Assembly: GCF_032444005.1 (NCBI RefSeq)
Contig: NC_091291.1
Span: 134,168,001-134,232,000, forward strand
Direction of reading: 5' to 3'
Origin: Ranitomeya imitator
Taxonomy: Eukaryota
DNA: 64,000 nt
Positions 35,299 to 48,117 of the stretch are shown here, piece after piece (within the stretch, counting starts at the first letter, position 1; each line of letters begins with the position of its first letter). The position numbers and the translations under genes were made by a program. The notes under the pieces are model-generated. The model was not told the origin of the DNA. It saw nothing but the letters and a program-made list of their open reading frames with translations, and ran no database searches.

Positions 35299-38200
35299 TA
35301 CATCCCCAGGACGGTATATTCATCCCCAAGACGGTATATACATCCCCAGGATGGTATATTGATCCCCAGGACGGTATATTCATCACCAGGACGGTATATA
35401 TATCACCAGGACGGTATATTCATCCCCAGGACGGTATATTCATCCCCAGGACGGTATATTCATCCCCAGGACGGTATGTACATCACCAGGACGGTATATA
35501 CATCCCCAGGACGGTATATACATCCCCAGGACGGTATATTCATCCCCAGGACGGTATATACATCCCCAGGACGGTATATTCATCGCCAGGACGGTATATT
35601 CATCCCCAGGACGGTATATTCATCACCAGGACGGTATATCCATTCCCAGGACGGTATATTCATCACCAGGACGGTATATTCATCACCAGGATGGTATATT
35701 CATCCCCAGGACGGTATATACATCACCAGGACGGTATATTCATCACCAGGATGGTATATTCATCCCCAGGACGGTATATTCATCCCCAGGACGGTATATT
35801 CATCCCCAGGACGGTATATACATCCCCAGGACGGTATATACATCCCCAGGACGGTATATTCATCCCCAGGACGGTATATTCATCCCCAGGACGGTATATT
35901 CATCCCCAGGACGGTATGTACATCACCAGGAAGGTATATTGATCCCCAGGACGGTATATCCATCCCCAGGACGGTATATACATCCCCAGGACGGTATATA
36001 CATCCCCAGGACGGTATATACATCCCCAGGACGGTATATACATCCCCAGGACGGTATATACATCCCCAGGACGGTATATACATCCCCAGGACGGTATATT
36101 CATCCCCAGGACAGTATATACATCCCCAGGACGGTATATTCATCCCCAGGACGGTATATTCATCCCCAGGACGGTATATACATCCCCAGGACGGTATATA
36201 CATCACCAGGACTGTATATACGGTACATCCCCAGGACGGTATATTCATCCCCAGGACGGTATATTCATCCCCAGGACGGTATATTCATCCCCAGGACGGT
36301 ATATACATCCCCAGGACGGTATATTCATCCCCAGGACGGTATATTCATCCCCAGGACAGTATATACATCACCAGGATGGTATATTCATCCCCAGGACGGT
36401 ATATACATCACCAGGACTGTATATACGGTACATCCCCAGGACGGTATATTCATCCCCAGGACGGTATATTCATCCCCAGGACGGTATATACATCCCCAGG
36501 ACGGTATATTCATCCCCAGGACGGTATATTCATCCCCAGGACGGTATATACATCACCAGGACGGTATATTCATCCCCAGGACGGTATATACATCCCCAGG
36601 ACGATATATACATCACCAGGACGGTATATACATCCCCAGTACGGTATATTCATCCCCAGGACGGTATATACATCACCAGGACGGTATATTCATCCCCAGG
36701 ACGGTATATACATCCCCAGGACGATATATTCATCCCCAGGACGGTATATTCATCCCCAGGACGGTATATACATCACTAGGACTGTATATACGGTACATCC
36801 CCAGGACGGTATATCCATCCCCAGGACGGTATATACATCACCAGGACGGTATATACATCCCCAGGACGGTATATACATCACCAGGACGGTATATTCATCA
36901 CCAGGACGGTATATACATCCCCAGGACGGTATATTCATCACTAGGACTGTATATACGGTACATTCCCAGGACGGTATATTCATCCCCAGGACGGTATATA
37001 CATCCCCAGGACGGTATATACATCACCAGGACGGTATATACATCCCCAGGACGGTATATACATCCCCAGGACGGTATATACATCCCCAGGACGGTATATA
37101 CATCCCCAGGGCGGTATATACATCCCCCGGGGCGGTATATACATCCCCAGGATGGTATATTCATCACCAGGACGGTATATACATCCCCAGGACGGTATAT
37201 ACATCCCCAGGACGGTATATTGATCCCCAGGACGGTATATTGATCCCCAGGACGGTATATTCATCACCAGGACGGTATATTCATCCCCAGGACGGTATAT
37301 ACATCCCCAGGACGGTATATACATCCCCAGGACGGTATATTCATCCCCAGGACGGTATATTCATCCCCAGGACGGTATATTCATCCCCAGGACGGTATAT
37401 TCATCCCCAGGACGGTATATTCATCCCCAGGACGGTATATCCATCCCCAGGACGGTATATACATCACCAGGACGGTATATACATCCCCAGGACAATATAT
37501 TCATCCCCAGGACGGTATATACATCCCCAGGACGGTATATTGATCCCCAAGACGGTATATACATCCCCAGGACGGTATATTGATCCCCCAGGACGGTATA
37601 TTGATCCCCAGGACGGTATATTCATCACCAGGATGGTATATTCATCACCAGGACGGTATATTCATCACCAGGACGGTATATTCATCACCAGGACGGTATA
37701 TTCATCACCAGGACGGTATAATCATCCCCAGGACGGTATATACATCACCAGGACGGTATATACATCACCCGGACGGTATATACATCACCAGGACGGTATA
37801 ATCATCCCCAGGACGGTATATTCATCCCCAGGACGGTATATACATCACCCGGACGGTATATACATCACCAGGACGGTATATTCATCCCCAGGACGGCATA
37901 TTCATCCCCAGGACGGTATGTACATCACCAGGACGGTATATTGATCCCCAAGACGGTATATACATCCCCAGGACGGTATATACATCACCAGGACGGTATA
38001 TACATCACCAGGACGGTATATACATCACCAGGACGGTATATACATCCCCAGGACGGTATATACATCCCCAGGACGGTATATTCATCCCCAGGACGGTATA
38101 TTCATCCCCAGGACGGTATATTCATCCCCAGGATGGTATATACATCCCCAAAACGGTATATTGATCCCCAGGACGGTATATACATCCCCAGGACGGTATA

Positions 38201-41200
38201 TACATCCCCAAAACGGTATATTGATCCCCAGGACGGTATATACATCCCCAGGACGGTATATTCATCCCCAGGACGGTATATTCATCCCCAGGACAGTATA
38301 TACATCCCCAGGACGGTATATTCATCACCAGGACGGTATATACATCCCCAGGACGGTATATTCATCACCAGGACGATATATTCATCCCCAGGACGGTATA
38401 TACATCCCCAGGACGGTATATTCATCCCCAGGACGGTATATTCATCCCCAGGACGGTATATTCATCCCCAGGACGGTATATACATCACCAGGACGGTATA
38501 TTCATCCCCAGGACGGTATGTACATCACCTGGACGGTATATTGATCCCCAAGACGGTATATACATCACCAGGACTGTATATACGGTACATCCCCAAAACG
38601 GTATCTTGATCCCCAGGACGGTATATCCATCCCCAGGACGGTATATCCATCCCCAGGACGGTATATCCATCCCCAGGACGGTATATACATCCCCAGGACG
38701 GTATATACATCCCCAGGACGGTATATACATCCCCAGGACGGTATATACATCCCCAGGACGGTATATACATCACCAGGACGGTATATTCATCACCAGGACG
38801 GTATATTCATCACGAGGACGGTATATTCATCCCCAGGACGGTATATTCATCACGAGGACGGTATATTCATCCCCAGGACGGTATATACATCACCAGGACG
38901 GTATATACATCACCAGGACGGTATATACATCCCCAGGACGTTATATTCATTCCCAGGACGGTATATTCATCCCCAGGACGGTATATTCATCCCCAGGACG
39001 GTATATTCATCACCAGGACGGTATATTCATCCCCAGGACGGTATATACATCCCCAGGACGGTATATACATCCCCAGGACGGTATATACATCACCAGGACG
39101 GTATATTCATCACCAGGACAGTATATTCATCCCCAGGACGGTATATTCATTCCCAGGACGGTATATTCATCCCCAGGACGGTATATACATCACCAGGACG
39201 GTATATTCATCCCCAGGACGGTATGTACATCACCTGGACGGTATATTGATCCCCAAGACGGTATATACATCACCAGGACTGTATATACGGTACATCCCCA
39301 AAACGGTATCTTGATCCCCAGGACGGTATATCCATCCCCAGGACGGTATATCCATCCCCAGGACGGTATATCCATCCCCAGGACGGTATATACATCCCCA
39401 GGACGGTATATACATCCCCAGGACGGTATATACATCCCCAGGACGGTATATACATCCCCAGGACGGTATATACATCCCCAGGACGGTATATACATCCCCA
39501 GGACGGTATATTCATCACCAGGACGGTATATTCATCACGAGGACGGTATATTCATCCCCAGGACGGTATATACATCACCAGGACGGTATATACATCACCA
39601 GGACGGTATATACATCCCCAGGACGTTATATTCATTCCCAGGACGGTATATTCATCCCCAGGACGGTATATTCATCCCCAGGACGGTATATTCATCACCA
39701 GGACGGTATATTCATCCCCAGGACGGTATATACATCCCCAGGACGGTATATACATCCCCAGGACGGTATATACATCCCCAAGACGGTATATTCATCACCA
39801 GGACGGTATATTCATCCCCAGGACGGTATATTCATCCCCAGGACGGTATATACATCCCCAGGACGGTATATACATCACCAGGACGGTATATACATCCCCA
39901 GGACGGTATATACATCCCCAGGACGGTATATACATCCCCAGGACGGTATATACATCCCCAGGACGGTATATACATCACCAGGACGGTATATTCATCACCA
40001 GGACGGTATATTCATCACGAGGACGGTATATTCATCCCCAGGACGGTATATACATCACCAGGACGGTATATACATCACCAGGACGGTATATACATCCCCA
40101 GGACGTTATATTCATTCCCAGGACGGTATATTCATCCCCAGGACGGTATATTCATCCCCAGGACGGTATATTCATCCCCAGGACGGTATATACATCCCCA
40201 GGACGGTATATACATCCCCAGGACGGTATATACATCACCAGGACGGTATATTCATCACGAGAACGGTATATTCATCCCCAGGACGGTATATACATCACCA
40301 GGACGGTATATACATCACCAGGACGGTATATACATCCCCAGGACGTTATATTCATCCCCAGGACGGTATATTCATCCCCAGGACGGTATATACATCACCA
40401 GGACGGTATATTCATCCCCAGGACGGTATATACATCCCCAGGACGGTATATACATCCCCAGGACGGTATATTTATCACCAGGACGGTATATTCATCCCCA
40501 GGACGGTATATTCATCACCAGGACGGTATATACATCCCCAGGACGGTATATACATCCCCAGGACGGTATATCCATCCCCAGGACGGTATATCCATCCCCA
40601 GGACGGTATATCCATCCCCAGGACGGTATATCCATCCCCAGGACGGTATATACATCCCCAGGACGGTATATACATCCCCAGGACGGTATATACATCACCA
40701 GGACGGTATATTCATCACCAGGACGGTATATACATCCCCAGGACGGTATATTCATCACGAGGACGGTATATTCATCCCCAGGACGGTATATACATCACCA
40801 GGACGGTATATACATCACCAGGACGGTATATACATCCCCAGGACGTTATATTCATCCCCAGGACGGTATATTCATCCCCAGGACGGTATATTCATCCCCA
40901 GGACGGTATATACATTCCCAGGACGGTATATACATCCCCAGGACGGTATATACATCACCAGGACGGTATATTCATCCCCAGGACGGTATATACATCCCCA
41001 GGACGGTATATACATCCCCAGGACGGTATATACATCCCCAGGACGGTATATTCATCACCAGGACGGTATATTCATCCCCAGGACGGTATATACATCCCCA
41101 GGACGGTATATTCATCACCAGGACGGTATATTCATCCCCAGGACGGTATATACATCCCCAGGACGGTATATTCATCACCAGGACGGTATATTCATCCCCA

Positions 41201-41580
41201 GGACGGTATATACATCCCCAGGACGGTATATACATCCCCAGGACGGTATATACATCCCCAGGACGGTATATTCATCTCCAGGACGGTATATTCATCCCCA
41301 GGACGGTATATACATCCCCAGGACGGTATATACATCCCCAGGACGGTATATACATCCCCAGGACGGTATATACATCCCCAGGACGGTATATACATCACCA
41401 GGACGGTATATTCATCACCAGGACGGTATATTCATCACGAGGACGGTACATTTCCCCTCCTCACACTCTGCCTTCAGCCTCCATCATGTCCATCCTCTGC
41501 ACTCCTCCCACTACTGTCCATTACACCTCCTCAGGGTCCTCACCCATCACCACGAGCCCCGGGGACTCATGCGCACGTAC

Positions 41581-41640
41581 CCGGGGGTCGGTTGGAGAGT
41601 ACAAATCCGGTTATGTTGCTGCGTTGCTTAGTAACAGGCC
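41581..41640 (-). other. CFAP68: Probable non-coding exon 1 of CFAP68 (5' end approximate)
   Basis: Donor CCCGG|GTACGT at 41580-41579, next to the shared promoter; no ATG. Confidence 0.55.
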
Positions 41641-41700
41641 GTGACGTCATCAGCGTGCGCCGCAGAACCCGGAAGCAGCTGCAGGAGGGAGTCACGTGGT
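41615..41700. promoter_or_regulatory. Bidirectional CpG promoter of CFAP68/FDXACB1
   Basis: RFX X-box GTTGCTTAGTAAC (41623-41635), palindromic CRE TGACGTCA (41642-41649), ETS CCGGAAG (41669-41675), E-box GTCACGTG (41691-41698). Confidence 0.75.
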
Positions 41701-41757
41701 CGCAGCCGTCCGCCGGTGCCTGCGGCCGTGTGCGGCGGGTCGGGAGGTGACGGGCGG
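41660..41757 (+). other. FDXACB1: Probable non-coding exon 1 of FDXACB1 (5' end approximate)
   Basis: GC-rich, ends CGG|GTGAGT; next acceptor TTTTCATTCAG| at 42102. Confidence 0.55.
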
Positions 41758-42113
41758 GTGAGTGACGCTGCTGTGTGAACAGATCCCTGCAGACAGCACG
41801 GACATGGCATAAAAGACGCGTGTAATTCCCACTGCAGAGTCTGCACAATGTTCCTTCTGTGGGAATGGAGGTCACTGATACCTGGAAGTACAAACATTGC
41901 ACTACATTCACACATTGCGGCTAGTTTAGACTCCGCCCACATGACTTTTGCAGTGGTTTTGTTAGTGATCTCTCATTTGCCTGCATTGTTTTTTTCCTCT
42001 TGTGAGGGAGATTTTGATATCTCATCGGTCCATATATCATGGTGGCGGAGTAGAAGAGCGGACAGGTCCCTTTAATAAATGTTGTTCTTTTTTTTCATTC
42101 AGATGCAGAGACG

Positions 42114-42279
42114 ATGGTTTCTATTCTGTTGGTCGGAGAAGGAAATTTTTCATTTTCAGCTTCTCTCTGTGACAGCGGAGAAGACGCCGATCACATCACC
42201 GCCACCTGTTATGAGGCAGAGGGTTCGGTCCGCCAGCAGCGCCTCTCTTGGAGGAACGTCCAGCACCTTAGAAGTAAAG
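42114..42279 (+). CDS. FDXACB1: Ferredoxin-fold anticodon-binding domain protein 1, coding exon 1
   Basis: MVSILLVGEGNFSFSASLCDSGEDADHITATCYEAEGSVRQQRLSWRNVQHLRSK+G (BMT5/DUF2431-like LLVGEGNFSF); donor AAG|GTCAGT. Confidence 0.92.
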
Positions 42280-42834
42280 GTCAGTAAGTGCCGGGTTCAC
42301 CGCCCGCTGATGATGGCGGTGGCTGCCACTGACCGCTGTGAAATCGCCGACACCCCCCATTATAGGGGGCTTCACATCCCAGAACAGCAGCTCCCATCGG
42401 CCCGCTGTCCTGGTTACCAGTTACATCACATACTGCACAACTTGTTAATGTCTAGGCTTAAAGGGGTATTCCCACCTCAGACATTAATGGCATGTTCACA
42501 GGGCCTGTTATACATCTCTGATATATGCATGACTCCCCTCTGGGACCCCCCGGATGTGCAGCGCTTTACAGTCACCTCTATGGGAATACTGATATAGAAG
42601 TGAATGGAGGCTCTTGTACATGTGCAGCCACCACACTCCTTTCTCAAGACAGATGCATGTACCACCTCTAGGACCCCCACCTACCACAGGATATGACACT
42701 GTGTAAGATGGGAATACCCCTTTTCAGTTGGGCATGCTCCTCTAGACCCTTCTGTGGCCCCTTCTCTCTCATTCCCACCCAGCCTTCCTGCCACCTGCCC
42801 ATTCATGGTCCTCTTTGCACTTTTCCCTGTTCTG

Positions 42835-43545
42835 TGTCCCCACCCCGCGTCCCCTCTGTGTCCCCACCCCGCGTCCCCTCTGTGTCCCCACCCATCGTCC
42901 TCACCCCGCATCCCCCGTGTCCCCACCCCGCATCCCCTCTGTGTCCCCACCCATCGTCCTCACCCCGCGTCCTCACCCCGCGTCCCCCCTGTGTCCCCAC
43001 CCCGCGTCCCCACCCCGCGTCCCCTGTGTCCCCACCCCGCATCCCCTCTGTGTCCCCACCCATCGTCCTCACCCCGCGTCCCCCGTGTCCCCACCCCGCG
43101 TCCCCCCTGTGTCCCCACCCCGCGTCCCCACCCCGCGTCCCCTCTGTGTCCCCACCCCGCGTCCCCTCTGTGTCCCCACCCCGCGTCCCCTCTGTGTCCC
43201 CACCCATCGTCCTCACCCCACGTCCCCCCTGTGTCCCCACCCCGCGTCCCCCCTGTGTCCCCACCCCGCGTCCCCCCTGTGTCCCCACCCCGCGTCCGCT
43301 CTGTGTCCCCACCCATCGTCCTCACCCCGCGTCCCCCCTGTGTCCCCACCCCGCGCCCCCCCTGTGTCCCCACCCCGCGTCCCCTCTGTGTCCCCACCCC
43401 GCGTCCCCTCTGTGTCCCCACCCATCGTCCTCACCCCGCGCCCCCCGTGTCCCCACCTCGCGTCCCCTCTGTGTCCCCACCCCGCGTCCCCTCTGTGTCC
43501 CCACCCCGCGTCCCCTCTGTGTCCCCACCCCGCGTCCCCTCTGTT
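42835..43545. repeat. 24-bp C-rich minisatellite
   Basis: Unit CCCCACCCCGCGTCCCCTCTGTGT, period 24 (42841/42865). Confidence 0.95.
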
Positions 43546-43814
43546 TCCAGACTCCTCTGACGGTGATGTATCTCCCTTGAAAACAAATCCAGCCTCACCA
43601 ATCGTTTTTTTTTTTTTTTTTTTTCTGTTTCCTCGGGCATCTGCCATCAGTGTTGAGTCAGTACAATCATCACAAAACATCCCGCTGACCTCAATGTTGC
43701 ACCATAATTTCTTCATGGTAATTTGGTGATGAAAATAAGCATGTTAATGCCATGAAATTATCTTCCCTTTTCTAACCTTTGCCCGTGCCATATTTCTCCT
43801 GCAATATATTATAG

Positions 43815-43971
43815 GAGCCGAGGTTCACTTTGGTGTGGACGCCACAAAACTAGATGAATATGGTTTTATCACTAATCATCTTTACGACAGAATTATCTTC
43901 AACTTTCCACATTGCGGCAGGAAGGCAGGAGTCAAGAAGAACAGGGATTTGCTATCCAATTTTTTTCATGG
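43815..43971 (+). CDS. FDXACB1: FDXACB1, coding exon 2
   Basis: (G)AEVHFGVDATKLDEYGFITNHLYDRIIFNFPHCGRKAGVKKNRDLLSNFFH; 157 nt, AG|...|GTAAGT. Confidence 0.95.
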
Positions 43972-43992
43972 GTAAGTTAGAAGGGTCATTTT

Positions 43993-44284
43993 TAGTGATG
44001 AGCGAGTGTACTCGTTGCTCGGGGTGATCTCCGAGTATTTGTTAGTGCTCGGAGATTTAGTTTTCCTCGCCGCAGCTGGATGATTTGCAGCTGCTGGACA
44101 GCTTGAGTACATGTGGGGATTCCCTAGCAACCAGGCAACCCCCACATGTACTCAGGCTGGCTAGCAGCTGTAAATCATGCAGCTGTGTCAACAAAAACTA
44201 AATCTCCGAGCAGTTACAAATACTCGGAGATCACCCGATCGTGCTCGGGAAAACCGGAGCAAGGAGTACACTCACTCATCACTA
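43993..44284. mobile_element. hAT-type MITE
   Basis: TAGTGATGAGCG ... CACTCATCACTA inverted ends. 8-bp TSD GTCATTTT at 43985-43992 and 44434-44441, the latter displaced by a CR1 fragment. Confidence 0.75.
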
Positions 44285-44285
44285 G

Positions 44286-44430
44286 TAACATAGTAACATA
44301 GTAACATAGTTAGTAAGGCCGAAAAAAGACATTTGTCCATCCAGTTCAGCCTATATTCCATCATAATAAATACCCAGATCTACGTCCTTCTACAGAACCT
44401 AATAATTGTATGATACAATATTGTTCTGCT
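44286..44430 (-). mobile_element. Short CR1 3'-end fragment
   Basis: Near-identical to 7436-7569, with (TAACATAG)n tail; flanked by CTAG on both sides. Confidence 0.85.
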
Positions 44431-44757
44431 CTAGTCATTTTACATTTCACCTAATATCCTCTACCAGCATTGAATGAGGAGAGGGAAGATGGCAACCTGA
44501 TCGTACAGCATTCCCCTCCATGTTAGATCGGCCAATGCAAATTATGCCCCCTTCATGGCTCCAAATATTGGGATAGTTTGCACATTTTGGATTATGTTGT
44601 CTGTGACCATAGATGCAATAGTCTCATGTTATTATTACTAGATCACCCCCCAAAAAAATTTATTCTACAAATATAATAAAATGTAAAAATTTGCGGAGGC
44701 CGTTTGTCACTGTTCTTATAGTAACAGTTAATAAATCAGTTTTTTTCTATATTCCAG

Positions 44758-44961
44758 CTGTACAGGTGTTCTTGCAGCGAAAGGTGAAATCCATGTAGCC
44801 TTATGCCAGGGGCAAGGTGGCACTCCTGCTGATCAGTCAAAGAGGGAATGGCATAACAGCTGGCAAGTGGTGGCCATGGCTGCCACGGCCGGGTTCATCC
44901 TGACATCAGTGGTCCCGTTTGAGCCTGATAATCATTATGGCTACCAGAGCACCGGGTACAG
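44758..44961 (+). CDS. FDXACB1: FDXACB1, coding exon 3
   Basis: CTGVLAAKGEIHVALCQGQGGTPADQSKREWHNSWQVVAMAATAGFIL..GYQSTGYR; 204 nt, CAG|...|GTATGA. Confidence 0.95.
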
Positions 44962-45541
44962 GTATGATAAAAATATCAGGAGTATTATAAGAAGTAGGGT
45001 TTTTTTTTTTTTTTTTAAAGAGATGAACAAAAATATTTGCACCATCCGGCGTCCACTGTAGTTCGATGTCATGATGTTACGGCACCTAGGTAGCGTCAGA
45101 GGCATTGAGGATTGCGGGTCGCAGAAGTGAACAGCTGCCCTGGAGGACCGGAGTGGAGTGTGAATATTTTTGCTCTTTTCTAACATTTTTCTCTATACTG
45201 TCGTTATTGATCTCTGCATGCAGTCCATTAGTATGCGGAACAAACCTTTCCGAGAGATGCTATGATCGTACTTTCCTTGCAATGAGCCGACCCTCTGCGT
45301 GATCATCGCACGGATTTTATATCTCCTCCAAGTAAACTATGAGGGTTCCCACTCCGCGACAGCAAGCAGTGATCTTGCAAGATGCAAGGTTTGAGACAGT
45401 AACTGTAACTTTTTTTTATTGCATAACGAATAACCTTTATTTGCTGAAACTAGAACTCCCTGTATATTATTACATTATTTTCACATTATATCGTAATAAT
45501 TAAAATTAATATTTCTCGCTTTCTTTCAATGTCTTTCGTAG

Positions 45542-45688
45542 GAGCCAGGAGAAATCATTCCGTGTTATCGGAGCGTTGAACCACGTTTTTACCAGAAGTT
45601 TACCGATTGAGAAATTGTCAGCTTTGCAAATAATCGAGAAGTTCTCTTCTGTCCGGGAACCGCAGTGCATTGATGATGAAGTTGATGG
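45542..45688 (+). CDS. FDXACB1: FDXACB1, coding exon 4
   Basis: SQEKSFRVIGALNHVFTRSLPIEKLSALQIIEKFSSVREPQCIDDEVD; phases fit both neighbours; donor GG|GTGATT is weaker. Confidence 0.85.
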
Positions 45689-45789
45689 GTGATTACACAG
45701 GATAAAACTTTTTTTGGTTACCTTACATTAGTCTCAGAACCCCAATTTTTCCTTAACTCTACAAGAGTAAAGAAAGTAAGAAAGCTTAA

Positions 45790-46119
45790 AGGGACACTGT
45801 CACCTGCATTTGGAGGGAACAATCTTCAGCCATGGAAGCGGGGTTTTGGGGTTTTTGATTCACCCTTTCCTTACCCGCTGGCTGCATGCTGGCTGCAATA
45901 TTGGATTGAAGTTCATTCTCTGTCCTCCATAGTACATGCCTGCGCAAGACAAGATTGCACCTTGTGCAGGCATGTACTACGGAGGATAGAGAATGAACTT
46001 CAACCCAATATTGCAGCCAGCATGCAGCCAGCGGGTAAGGAAAGGGTGAATCAAAAACCCCAAAACCCCGCCTCCATGGCTGAAGATTGTTCCCTCCAAA
46101 TTCAGGTGACGGTGTCCCT
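45790..46119. mobile_element. T2/Kolobok-type palindromic MITE
   Basis: TTAA|AGGGACACTGTCACCTG ... CAGGTGACGGTGTCCCT|TTAA; almost entirely self-complementary. Confidence 0.8.
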
Positions 46120-47057
46120 TTAAAGACATACTCCAGTCCTTGTCTCCTGTAAGTGCCGGTGGTATTGATTATTCGTCTGTTCTGTACAGAGCGACCCTGA
46201 CAACTCTGTATAGAAGTTTGTAGATCTGGCCCCTTTTACTATGCTGCAGGGGTCAGCGACCAGCAGTACTCCTGCAACTCTTAGCTGACAGACTTTGGCC
46301 ATTAGGGCATGCTCGGAGTTGTAGTTTCACAACAGCTGGAGTGCAGCAGGTTGCAGTTTCCGAATCCTGTGCTAACGTTACTGAAGAACACTGGGGAGAA
46401 TCTATTTTTCGCCGGTGTTTCTTACTATTGGACGTGCGCACCGTTTTATTATTGCATTGCAAAAGAGATTTGCGGTTGCAAATATTCGGCTTGTAGAGCT
46501 TGCAGGTAATACAGAACAGTGCAGGCTGCGCAATCCCATTCAGTCCCAGGTCATCAGACAAACTATTTCTCCAGCCCCTCTCTGATGCACGTTTTCTGCC
46601 TTGCTGGTTGGGCAGAGCGCCCACAGTCGTATAGTCCTCCCTGCCTTGTCTTGATGTGACTGATCTGTGGAGCTCGGTGCACCCATGGAGTGGCCAAACA
46701 CTTTAATGCCCTTTTCCATCTTTCTCTACCTTCTTCTAGCTCATGTAAACTCAGAGCTATCAAATAAAGAAGAGGGGGCAGAAATAGATGGAATAAAAGT
46801 AGGTGGGAAGGAATTTCTTGCCCACGTCAACTGTGCACCCGTGGGCTTGTGCTTGGTTTGAACAGTCGTTTTGTGCTGACAGATTCCTCTCCACTACTGT
46901 AGGCTGCTGAGAAAGTCTGAATATTTTCTTTTTTATCTCTTTAATACTAAAAATACAGTTAAAAAAATGATGTGAAAATTAATTTCCTATTGAACCAAGA
47001 ACCCTGAAATAATGGAAATCGCATTAATTTAATATTTTATTTTTTTCATTCTTTCAG

Positions 47058-48117
47058 GGGTTTCTTAGGTAAAACATCTCGTCACCCCATTGGTGTAATC
47101 TATAAAGAGCTGGTGAAGTGTTTTCGTCAGAAGCTTCAGGTGAACGCCTTGGAAGACACATTTCCTGTAATTTGTCGCCACGACTCTTGTTCTTCTCGTC
47201 CCTCGTATTCAGCGGCTCACTCCAGACTTTACTTTGTGACTCCTGGTACAGAGGAGGAAGGATCGGAGAGTTCTGGTGGTTTCCACAGGACGCCCTTATG
47301 TTCTGTTGAGGCGGCTAATAATCGGACGGCGGCGCTCCATCATCTGAGACCGTCGCTGACCTGTTTTATTAGTGCCATTTCTCATAAATCCATCTGCAGA
47401 CCAGTTCCTCTGATTGTCGTGAGCGGCCTTGTCTTTAGGAAGTGTCTGATCTCTCCGCAGTCCATGCCGGTTTATCATGAGATGCTCATGTTGTTGGATT
47501 GCCGAGAACGGCTCCGACTGGTGACGGACACCATGAACACAGCGGTGGCGTCCATCACATCAACGGAAACGGTGAACAGCGAGAAAATAAGACTCGGCGA
47601 AAAAGGAGATTATATCGTCACCAGGTCACCTGCTGATCCCGACCGGGTGATAGGGACGATCAAAGAAGCCCCCCCTGGAGATCTGGCCAAAATGTTCATA
47701 GTATCCCTGAATTTAGATTTACTTGCCATGTGTCTGCTTGGGATTGAAGACTGGCGACTGCTCTGGACAGAGGATGACAGATTCCGGACCCAGTTCCATC
47801 ATCGTGACCTAAAACCTTACCAGCCCTTCTCCCTCTACCCCCCCTATTACATCCACGATGTTAGTTTTTGGGTGGAGGAGGACGCCGTCTTCGATGATGT
47901 GGAGTTTCACACGGTAGCGCTGCAAATGTCAAAGGGAAACATCGTGGATATTCAGCTTCTGGACCAGTATAAAAATGCTGAAACTGGGAGAACTGGTCTG
48001 TGTTACCGGCTGAAGTATCAGTCCTGTGACCGAGCGCTGAGTTACAGAGCGGCGCTGGCGATGCAGATGCAGCTTCGGAATGAGCTGCCGAGGAGTTTAC
48101 ATGTCGTCCTCCGATAG
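47058..48117 (+). CDS. FDXACB1: FDXACB1, last coding exon (PheRS-like region and C-terminal FDX-ACB domain)
   Basis: Acceptor CTTTCAG|, in frame with ORF 47113-48117: ..LRPSLT..LDLLAMCLLGIEDWRLLWTEDDRF..FSLYPPYYIHDVSFW..GLCYRLKYQSCDRALSY..LR*. Total CDS 1734 nt. Confidence 0.93.

Larger units (their letters stand above)
33200..41450. repeat. 20-bp minisatellite (~330 copies) filling CFAP68 intron 1, split by a Tc1 element
   Basis: Unit GGACGGTATAT(A/T)CATC(C/A)CCA. About 6.6 kb of array plus the 1.6-kb insertion. Confidence 0.97.

Noticed and set aside
33200-41450. CRISPR-like appearance of regular short repeats, here and in the other arrays
   Set aside because: Units are contiguous with no unique spacers, there are no cas genes, and the context is a eukaryotic spliced-gene locus.
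35359-41644. 861-aa and 1012-aa ORFs (PRTVYTSPGRYIHPQDGIYI repeats)
   Set aside because: Translations of a 20-bp minisatellite that lacks stops on the + strand; antisense within a CFAP68 intron, no unique domain.
42079-42597. 172-aa ORF (MQRRWFLFCW...) as the FDXACB1 start
   Set aside because: Wrong frame; the conserved LLVGEGNFSF motif is in the frame starting at 42114.
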